Positions 1-7,024 of a stretch of 8,031 bases of DNA are shown here, in pieces (within the stretch, counting starts at the first letter, position 1; each line of letters starts with the position of its first letter). The notes under the pieces were generated by a model. The model searched no databases and was not told the origin of the DNA. It saw nothing but the letters and a program-made list of their open reading frames with translations. Location: the NCBI GenBank assembly GCA_024704765.1, contig JAKMXF010000180.1, positions 1 through 8,031 of the forward strand. The letters are read 5' to 3'. Source of the DNA: Oopsacas minuta (Eukaryota > Animalia > Porifera). The position numbers and the translations under genes are program-made.

Positions 1-282
1 ATTTTTATGAACATCACCTTAACGAGATTACCTTCAAGTTTTAAAAATGACAGTAACATCATATGCATAACTGAATATAGAATCTATCTAGAAGAAACTT
101 CAACTTGGAGAGAACCATTCTTGCTGAAGGAAAAGTTGTATACTAAAATCAAAACTAATGAGGAAATTCTTCTGTGTAATTTGGCAACAAATATTTACAA
201 GAGATACATTCAACCAAACGGAAAAATTCATTTGAAAATCTTATTAGATTACGACTATATTATGAACAAACGTTATTTCTGA
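1..282 (+). CDS. Partial ORF of unknown function, open from the window edge (possible terminal exon)
   Basis: Frame is stop-free from position 1 to TGA at 280-282 (94 codons) in very AT-rich DNA, with protein-like composition. No motif confidently recognised. Confidence 0.35.
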   Translation: MFMNITLTRLPSSFKNDSNIICITEYRIYLEETSTWREPFLLKEKLYTKIKTNEEILLCNLATNIYKRYIQPNGKIHLKILLDYDYIMNKRYF

Positions 283-515
283 AGTAGTTATTCAGGCTTC
301 AGCTTCATGTATGACTCTTTTACAGTTCGAGCATTGGTTTGACTATTGTGATGAACTCATTACTTTTCGCTTTGCAAGACTTTTATACTAATTGGCCCAT
401 TTGGGACCACAATAAGTTTTACAAATTTAGTAATTGATTCCATTCTATCAGTAAACAGTAATGTACATATATACTTGATTGACTGAATTACAAGGTGTTG
501 TATACATACTTATAG

Positions 516-944
516 CTCATGTTGCCCATCAGAATTATGGCACTATGGCCATTACTCAAATATCTTGTTCAGGCAAGAGTTTTGGAAATATAAAAACATT
601 GATAATTACATGTATTATTATCAAAGTTATGGGATATACACCCCCATGGGTAATTCATTTCGCTGTATTCTTCGATACAGATCCTTCTTCCATCCATTTG
701 ATTAGGCACTCAAACTTAAAAGCCCAAATTCGAAAGGTTCTATTCAGTTACGCCTCACTTTAGGTATTTCAAATTTTGTTTCCTATTTCATTCAAAATTG
801 CCTCCGGGCCATCCCAAACCCAAATTTGGAAGTACAATTGGCTGTGCTATTCAAAACGCACCAATTTACCCACCCTACTTTGGAGGATCCACTGCATTCC
901 TAAAAACAAAAATAAATTCTCATATGATTCACTCAAAGTGGTGA
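516..944 (+). other. Exon-like or pseudogene-like coding segments, product unidentified
   Basis: Acceptor-like cttatag ends at 515. One frame is open to 763 (AHVAHQNYG...TPPWVIHFAVFFDTDPSSIHLIRHSN) and an overlapping frame is open 720-944 (KPKFERFYSVTPHFR...KLPPGHPKPKFGSTIGCAIQNAPIYPPYFGG). No family assigned. Confidence 0.2.
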
Positions 945-997
945 AACTCAGATTCATATTTTAGAATATAATTTGTTTTATTGAATTCTATATATAG

Positions 998-1091
998 ATC
1001 AGACAGAGAATGGGGTTATGGTCCAACTGATATTCGTTTGCTACCAAATGTAAACTATTCACCAAATATTATTCAGTGGACCCCTGGCGAG
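998..1091 (+). CDS. Putative internal exon of an unidentified gene (SDREWGYGPTDIRLLPNVNYSPNIIQWTPGE)
   Basis: AT-rich tract ending tatatag before 998, GAG|GTTAGG donor after 1091, and only one of three frames open across it. Confidence 0.35.
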
Positions 1092-1099
1092 GTTAGGAT

Positions 1100-1366
1100 C
1101 ACACGATGGTGCAGCAATGCCGCATCCGTAATACATTTCTATGTAACTTATAGGTGCGAATTTGCCGCATGTACATTGGCGGTCCCATGGGGACAGACGG
1201 GGCATTAGCCCCATAATTGAAAATCCTAGCCCTGACTCGACCCCAATTCTGCCATATCCTCAGATTTTGCTCCGGATTTGCAATGGATTTGAAATCTTGG
1301 CCCAGACCTTGCCCCGGGTATGCAAAATCCTCAGACCGCCCCAGCGCATGTGCAGCAACCGAGTTA
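1100..1366. repeat. GC-rich block with imperfect inverted repeats, probably a degenerate MITE
   Basis: About 50% GC (line 1261-1320 counted at 30/60) against an AT-rich background. Inverted pairs ggcggtc/gaccgcc, gattttgc/gcaaaatc and tgtaact/agttaca. No clear termini or TSD. Confidence 0.3.
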
Positions 1367-1601
1367 CACCTCAGGTATAATCGAAAATTGGATCATTCGG
1401 TTACAACATTGTAATAATACAAGTTGAATATTTAGGCAAATTCCACCATTCAGTCAATAACGTCAATTAGTATGAATTCCTGAAAGGGTTATTGTCCGAA
1501 TTATTTAGCAATCAGATTATATTTAAGCTTGAATAAAAATAATTTGTTCTTCTTATCCAGAAATTCGTATTAACCGTGTTTGTATTAACCAAGTTCCACT
1601 G
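1367..1601. mobile_element. Degenerate pogo/Tigger-like MITE (right end clear, left end decayed)
   Basis: Right end reads TA|CAGTGGAACTTGGTTAATACAAACACGGTTAATACGAA on the minus strand, with gtattaacc repeated at 1567 and 1582, typical of pogo-type TIRs. The left end at about 1367-1410 matches only loosely. Confidence 0.5.
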
Positions 1602-1675
1602 TACTTCCCAACCCCTTGAATAGAACCTAAATTAAAGCATTCTCTCAAATTAAACCCTAACTCAAATACTTAATA

Positions 1676-1946
1676 CTGTATACCCTCGCTAATCCGAACA
1701 GGGCCTAGAGCTTATACAATATTTGGAAAATTATTTAAAACGGAAAAACATAGCCGATTTATATCCAGTTCTACTACAGATCAATATCTAATACTATATT
1801 ACGCATGTCGGCCCCCATTACATCGTTTAGACAACTTTCGAAAGAGTCCTCCCAGATTCTATAGTATTGTTTCAATGCATTTCGCTAATCTGAAAGTATT
1901 ATTTTGCAATCGGAAGAGTGGTGTTCGGATTAGTGGGAGTATACTG
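1676..1946. mobile_element. Tc1/mariner (pogo-like) MITE, 271 bp
   Basis: 25-bp TIRs at 1676-1700 (ctgtataccctcgctaatccgaaca) and 1922-1946 (reverse complement cagtatactcccactaatccgaaca), 21/25 identical, with TA on both sides (1674-1675, 1947-1948). Confidence 0.8.
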
Positions 1947-2087
1947 TAGCCCGTTGATTGGACTGAAATGAATGATCACCACGGCTACTATTGACTATTG
2001 AGTAAATACTTGCCAAAAATATCATGTTAGCTATCACACAACTAATCTATGGACATTATTCAGAACAGAAAGTACGAAACTATAGTA

Positions 2088-2917
2088 TTATAATTTAGTT
2101 TGTATAGGTGCTGGAGTACAATTGATACCAGTTTCATTGTAACTCTTACTTTTGCAAGCTAGACTCCCATCACTTGCTTTGGATAGACAGATAAAACAAA
2201 AGTCTTTCTCGCAACTACAACAAGTCATTGTATTGCATTTACTTGTGTGTTCAATGAGAGTATGGCAATCTTTTCTGGGACAAGCTCTCCAAAGTGGAAT
2301 AGAAACAATCTTTCCGTTATAATCTTTAAAATCCTTTCTAGGAGAATTAATTAAAACTTCTATCTCCTCTCTCATGCAATTCACATTCCCACAAACTTTA
2401 TCACTGTTTGAATTATTCCAATCTCTCATACAATACCAGCAAAATGAGTAATAATTATTTAGTTTTCGAGGACAAATTAAGCAAAATACTTTAGGATTAT
2501 CTTTTCTTTCTCTTTGACAAAGAGTCTTGCACTGAGGGCATTGTTGGATGTCCTGGCTCTCATAGAAGTTTGTAGTTATAGCTGTTGTGAGAAATTGTTC
2601 TTCTTCTAGACTCGGTAATCCAAATTTGATTACATCCTGCATTGAAATTATTTTATCACAACCTGTGCAACTAATCTCAAACTTCATGTTACTGATATCT
2701 CCCCAAGCCTTACCCAGAATATCATCTGGGCATATGAAATGACCACATTTCATTCTCAGGCCAGAGGAATGAAAACATGTATTGCAAGTACCACTGGGAT
2801 GGGAAAATGAAACAGTCCGTTTTTCGTCTCTAAATTCATCAAACATCAATTCACACCCTCTAGCCTCAGTAAAAGAGACATTTTTCTGTTCAAAAGGGTT
2901 AACATCTGCCATAGTTT
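2088..2917 (-). CDS. RBR-family (RING1-IBR-RING2) E3 ubiquitin ligase, terminal coding exon (first in-exon ATG at 2912)
   Basis: 274-aa ORF. RING1-like C43/C46/C56-H58/C61/C82/C85; IBR C125/C128/C144/C147/C158/C161/C174; RING2 RACPRKDC...IEHTSKCNTMTCCSCEKDFCFICL matching the RBR IEKxxGCNHMxC...FCxxC pattern, with putative catalytic C226. Acceptor ttttctgattag| at 2918 and branch-like CTAAC at 2945-2941. Confidence 0.92.
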
Positions 2918-3002
2918 CTAATCAGAAAATACAATTACTAGTTAGAACTTTAAAGGAAACCTCAATTAAATAACCCTTTTGGTGTACCAATAGACTATTT
3001 TA

Positions 3003-3030
3003 CAGGATTGCCGTGGGAACAGAATTTCTA
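3003..3030 (+). mobile_element. hAT-like left terminal inverted repeat remnant
   Basis: caggattgccgtggg (3003-3017) matches the reverse complement of 4812-4826 (cagggttaccgtggg) at 13/15. CAGGG-type start is common in hAT TIRs. Confidence 0.4.
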
Positions 3031-3244
3031 CTCATTAACATGATCCACCTATATGCCAATGCAAAAAATTTCGGGACATATTTATTGCTGTTTTATGATA
3101 ATGAAGTATGGTCAAGCAATTACTGAAATATAAAATATTACTAGAAATTAGAGACTCGCTCTTCTTGAGTGCATAAGGCTATCAAGTAGGTACACTGATT
3201 CAGAATTTCGCACTTTTAAGTCTGTCATGAGTAAACTTATTGTA

Positions 3245-3560
3245 GTTTTATGAAAATGAATTATTCACATTGCGGAAATTTCAAAATATAGATAGAGAAT
3301 TGATTTTAATGGGTACATAAGGGTAAACACATGTATGTTGAATCCGAAAATGATATTAACCACCAAATATTATGAATACTTGTTGTACTGCTAATCGAGT
3401 ATACTTACTGATTCGGTTTAATATTTCAAGTTTGCTATATGTAACTTAGCGTTGGTTTTATGAATATAAATAAGGATAAATAGTTGAAATTTCAAAATAT
3501 CCATACTAGTAACTAGTTTTCAACGGGTACATAGGGTACACAAGTATTTTATTTCGAATT
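3245..3560. repeat. Diverged direct repeat, about 211 bp period (transposon-internal type)
   Basis: gaaatttcaaaatat at 3275-3289 and 3486-3500; gggtacata(a)gggta at 3311 and 3525; gttttatgaa precedes both copies. Confidence 0.65.
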
Positions 3561-3629
3561 TCGTAATTTCAAGGTTTCATATGTATACATATTTGCGAAT
3601 TAATAACATTTGTAATAATAGACTTTTGC

Positions 3630-3719
3630 TTAATTGGAGGCACAAAGTTCCGAGCGTAAGCGGAAACGAAGTGTTTGCAATCCGCGTAGCGCTAGCAAGC
3701 GAAGTGCGCTACTTGCTAA
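3630..3719 (+). mobile_element. Helitron-like 3' terminus (hairpins followed by CTRR|T)
   Basis: GC-rich hairpins gttcc-gagcgtaagc-ggaaac and gtagcgc...gcgctac / tagcaag...cttgcta around a gcgaag motif, ending CTAA|T at 3716-3720. Confidence 0.5.
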
Positions 3720-3882
3720 TAATAATATGTATGAAGCAAATTTAGTAATATCATAGAAAAAATTACAAAGGATTTGTCTGACCGTATTATGTGTAATAAC
3801 CTCAACAGTATGAAAAAATTTGAACATAAAACACAAGTTACGAGTATATATAAAACATTGATATAATTATAATGTAACATAG

Positions 3883-4083
3883 TCAGTAATATTTGTTACC
3901 ACCTGGTAGTCTAACCACCATAACAATACTTGCGCCACCACCTATTCCATAGTCTTCAAAGGTCATCACTTCTCCATCGCGAGAATTCTCTAGATCTTTA
4001 GAACCATACAGCAAACGTTGTTTGTCTACATCAATCCCGGTTGCTACTTTCACTTTCACTTTCAGTTCTGATATTTTTAAATT
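3883..4083 (-). CDS. Ubiquitin-like domain exon (NLKISELKVKVKVATGIDVDKQRLLYGSKDLENSRDGEVMTFEDYGIGGGASIVMVVRLPGG-NKYY*)
   Basis: Manual translation aligns to ubiquitin residues ~20-76 (GIxxDxQRLxYxxKxLE, TxxDYxI, VxRLxGG). Acceptor ttctctcgtctag| at 4084, phase 0. Stop TGA at 3885-3883 if unspliced. Absent from the ORF track because no start codon precedes it. Confidence 0.82.
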   Translation of the reverse strand, partial: NLKISELKVKVKVATGIDVDKQRLLYGSKDLENSRDGEVMTFEDYGIGGGASIVMVVRLPGGNKYY

Positions 4084-4172
4084 CTAGACGAGAGAACACA
4101 TTATTAATTATAGGTATTTAAAGCGATTTGGAGCAAAAACACATACAAATACATTATTACAGGAATAAAATA

Positions 4173-4214
4173 ATGCTCCATTTTATTAACGCGAATTGGA
4201 GCATATCGCGTTAA
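4173..4214. other. Two interleaved perfect inverted repeats (pseudoknot topology)
   Basis: atgctcca (4173-4180) pairs with tggagcat (4197-4204); ttaacgcga (4186-4194) pairs with tcgcgttaa (4206-4214). Confidence 0.85.
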
Positions 4215-4368
4215 AAAAGTAGGGCTGAATTTGTAAAATGATGTATGAAATAAGCTAGAAATTTTCTCGATTCTCTCTTTTCATACAGGGGCATTCAAAT
4301 AGTAACTAATCACTCCCAAAGTTTATAGTATGCAGACAATTGAATGCCTCATTATTATTATATTTTAG

Positions 4369-4527
4369 AGACCAATTTTTCTACTCAAGAGAGGTTCTTC
4401 CAGATGTCTGTGTGTCAGACTTTCGTACAGAGGAGGTTCTCTATCGCATATTTTTCGATGCCTTAGGTCCAGTAGCTCAGATACCTGCACCAAACAGAGA
4501 TGTAGCAAGCAGATTTCAATTGATCAG
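4369..4527 (+). CDS. Putative 159-nt symmetric (phase 2-2) internal exon of an unidentified gene
   Basis: Acceptor ttattattatattttag| at 4368, donor CAG|GTTAAC at 4528, GC higher than flanks, open frame DQFFYSREVLPDVCVSDFRTEEVLYRIFFDALGPVAQIPAPNRDVASRFQLI. A second plus-strand frame is also open. Confidence 0.35.
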
Positions 4528-4533
4528 GTTAAC

Positions 4534-4614
4534 CTTTACAAAATATATGGAGCCACCAAAGTTGGTCCGGTTGACTAATACTATTTGTATTGGCAGTGAA
4601 AATGGATTTTCCAT
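4534..4614 (-). CDS. Weak candidate first exon of the Ubl-RBR gene (MENPFSLPIQIVLVNRTNFGGSIYFVK)
   Basis: ATG at 4614-4612 and phase-0 donor AAG|GTTAAC at 4533 fit the phase-0 acceptor at 4084. IQIVLVN-turn-SIYFV loosely resembles the ubiquitin beta1-beta2 hairpin, but the start overlaps repeat DNA. Confidence 0.2.
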
Positions 4615-4826
4615 CGGTTTCCAATAGATATCCCATAGAGGAATTCCCATAGAAAGAAAATAATTCCCATAACGATTAACCTTGAAAAAACGAATAAATT
4701 CATCTCAAGAGAATGCACATGGCTTAGTACAGAGAAAACAGAAAAATGGTTTTCCCATATGGAAATTCTCATAGCAAGAAAATGATTTCCATTCCCATGG
4801 GAATTCCCATACCCACGGTAACCCTG
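4598..4826. mobile_element. hAT-like element right end or MITE with repeated ATTCCCAT subterminal motifs
   Basis: aattcccata at 4642 and 4662, further copies at 4752, 4791 and 4803; perfect 14-bp palindrome attcccatgggaat at 4791-4804; terminus cccacggtaaccctg at 4812-4826. No 8-bp TSD found. Confidence 0.6.
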
Positions 4827-4995
4827 GGATTTACCTGCAGCTTTCGTTTCTCTATATGTATTGTCTTCGACTTTCCCTCTAAACCAGAAATATAGATATT
4901 TTCCATTCTTCGAGAAGTGAAAATCTACATAAAAGACATAATGGAGAAATACCCATTATCTGTTAATTTTAGTAAAAATTCATGGTTATTAATGA

Positions 4996-5022
4996 CTAGC
5001 TTGCTTCGCTTGCTATGTCGCT
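4996..5022 (-). mobile_element. Helitron-like 3' terminus
   Basis: Minus strand reads gcgacatagcaagcgaagcaagCTAG|T and shares the exact 12-mer tagcaagcgaag with the end at 3693-3704. Confidence 0.45.
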
Positions 5023-5075
5023 GCCGATACCCCTGGTATAACCCAGTATTAAATAGCTAAATTTCATGATACTTT

Positions 5076-5600
5076 TAGTCCCTTAGCGACGGGATATACT
5101 CAGCACTACGTGCCTCGAGTTGAGATATTGAAGAAATTTCAATTTTTATTATCCATGGCCCATCTACATGATATTTACTTGGTCTTGAGTTGCTATATGG
5201 CTTTTGATCAGTATCCTGGGCACATCGTGCAAGGAGTATTATGAAATTCCCAAAATTTCTGAATTTAAACAATTCATGAATTTTTCGAATCGTCTTAATG
5301 ACGTGATACTCTCATGATGAATTAGCTTTTGGTGAAAATGACGTCAGGACATTTGGCACATTGAGGGTACCTGCGATTCAAATTTCAAAATACTATCATG
5401 TATATTGGCTGAGCAGTGGTTAATAATGTGATTTTTTGAAAATCCAAAAAGGTAACAATGACGTGATAATTTCGTCATAGGTGTGAACTTTGGCCCAAGA
5501 CTCGAAAGTGTCCGAGCCAGGCCCAAAATACCCCTGTACGCCAAAAATCACCCCTTGGGGTCTTCCAATTTCTTCAATTAATTCTTGATAAAATATTGCA
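5076..5600. repeat. Degenerate interspersed-repeat block with recurrent ATGACGT(G/C)A motifs, possibly Helitron/Helentron-related
   Basis: atgacgtgat at 5298 and 5458, atgacgtca at 5338, hairpin atgacg/cgtcat at 5458-5478, and a tttt|agtccc...gggatatact start. Boundaries uncertain. Confidence 0.35.
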
Positions 5601-6179
5601 ACACTATATTACGCACAGATGGCACATGGCGAGATCGGTTGAAAGATTATATGACTATAGCAGAAAGTAGGACAATAGCTTGCTATCATTTGTTGTTTAT
5701 GATATAGTTATGTTAAAATTGTTTGAAATCATCATAAAAACTGAGGTTACATCACTTTGGTGCCAGGTGCCAAGTGTGGCAGGATTTTTCAATACTTATG
5801 GCCAGGCAGGGTACATACAGATTAGTACTATAGATGTATTAGTTTTTGTTGCAGTACATTTTGCTAATTACATGAGTAAATTTACATTCTTGACTGTACA
5901 GTAGAAGTCTTTACCACTACCTATGCATGGTAAAATGCATTAAGGGGGTGGAAAGATAAAAACATGTCCAGCCTACAGACTGGTAGTGCAGTTTAGGGTT
6001 ATGTATTTTTGTTCTTTCAGGGGGGCACGCTCCCCTACCCTCAGTATAAATGCGGTAATGCACCGGATCCGACTGGATCCTGGATCTGATAAATATTTCG
6101 GGATATTCAATATTTTCGTCCTCTAATGTACTTCATATTCTATCTTCAAATCCTATGGATAAAATTCCGAATAATTATC

Positions 6180-6470
6180 CTACAATTACCCCTTGTATAA
6201 CTTCTGAAACGAAATCTCTAACATCAATTTAAATATGTGTAAAAAGGTGTGAAAATATGATAATTGATGTAGATATAAATTTGAAAATTTGAATTTTGGA
6301 ACCTACATACTCGATTACCCCTAACTAGCAGTAAAAACGAAATCTCTGGCATGATTTTGAATATTATGCAAAAAGGTGTGAAAATATGATTATTCATATG
6401 ATAAATCTGTGAATTTGTAACTTTCAGCTGAAAATCTCAAATTCGGACTCTACGCACTCAATTACCCCTG
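6180..6470. repeat. Diverged tandem repeat, about 129-147 bp unit, about 2.3 copies
   Basis: aaaaaggtgtgaaaatatgat exact at 6241 and 6370; aaacgaaatctct at 6207 and 6335; attacccct at 6185, 6314 and 6461. Confidence 0.8.
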
Positions 6471-6544
6471 ACAACATTTTGTCAAACAGGTGCAATGTCT
6501 CACTTTTGGTGCGGGAATTGGTTGAAATATAGTGGTAGAATTTT

Positions 6545-6574
6545 AGTGTTCCTTTTCGTTACGAACGTAACACT
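6545..6574. repeat. Imperfect hairpin following TTTT, possible Helentron/DINE-type terminus
   Basis: agtgtt...ttcgt-t-acgaa...aacact arms, plus an inner gttacg/cgtaac pair. Confidence 0.4.
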
Positions 6575-7024
6575 TCGGCCGTAATCGGTTAAACGCCAGG
6601 CATTGCAATGAAATCTGAAGAGTAATTAGGGTATACGTATATCCAAATATTTAAAATAATTACCTGAATTGTAATCGAAAATTCTAAGGAGATCTTAATC
6701 TGTAAAATGGGACTATTAAGGTAAGTAATAGTGCATATAAACCTCTTAAATAGCTTATAGAATTACTATGAAATATGAGACAGTTGCTTATTCACGAGAT
6801 TCATAGAAACTGCTAATTATAAATTCATATTCACTTCTATTCCCCATGAAATGTATAAGGTTATTGAAAAATGTTGCTCGAATCTTTCCTGTATAACAAT
6901 GGTTTCCAACCTCACACGATGAAACATATTGTGAGTTCAAAAGTATATAATGAATGTGCATGGTGTATATTATTCAAAATATTCAATAATCTCACTTGTA
7001 AGGGGTCGCGAATTTGTTGGAAAA

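Larger units (their letters stand above)
2918..3899 (-). other. Predicted phase-1 intron (982 nt, or 985 nt with the donor at 3902) joining the Ubl and RBR exons
   Basis: Donors GTG|GTAACA (3899) and CAG|GTGGTA (3902) are both phase 1. The acceptor leaves AA-ACT-ATG, restoring frame (GAA ACT ATG). The interval is filled with repeat remnants and has no credible ORF. Confidence 0.6.

Noticed and set aside
516-720. HVAHQNYGTM...DP...H resembling a tyrosinase CuB or PhyH dioxygenase motif
   Set aside because: Ligand spacing and key residues (HxD, or DPxFxxHH) do not match.
1162-1414. ORFs 1162-1380 and 1217-1414
   Set aside because: Overlapping frames in a GC-rich repeat-like block, with no motifs or convincing splice context.
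1625-1665. Telomere-like ccctaa motifs (also ttaggg at about 5993)
   Set aside because: Isolated single hexamers, not tandem arrays.
2088-2099. C-terminal TKL as a peroxisomal PTS1 signal
   Set aside because: Thr at -3 is outside the canonical [SAC]-[KRH]-L consensus, and nothing else suggests peroxisomal targeting.
2782-2973. 63-aa plus-strand ORF
   Set aside because: Antisense shadow of the RBR exon.
4046-4063. (ACTTTC)3 microsatellite encoding KVKVKV as a coding repeat expansion
   Set aside because: The helix segment is the same length as in ubiquitin (ISELKVKVKVATG vs IENVKAKIQDKEG), so there is no net expansion.
4084-4146. 63-nt intron using the GTATGT donor at 4146
   Set aside because: The upstream phase-0 frame (NGALFYSCNNVF) is preceded by a stop, has no Met and is not Ubl-like.
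1793-5615. Exact 13-mer actatattacgca at 1793 and 5603
   Set aside because: A rough estimate gives about one such match by chance in 8 kb of this composition, and the flanks do not align.
3630-5904. Short ORFs 3630-3836, 4581-4772, 5075-5272, 5344-5544 and 5680-5904
   Set aside because: Most lie in repeat remnants, several use non-ATG starts, and none shows transposase or other recognisable motifs.
6018-6090. GC boxes plus TATAAAT as a promoter, and ggatcc repeats as a hAT end
   Set aside because: Fragments are too short, with no downstream gene, partner TIR or TSD.
3245-6470. CRISPR array or bacterial defence system
   Set aside because: The repeats are long and diverged rather than short identical repeats with unique spacers, no cas-like ORF is present, and the context is eukaryotic.
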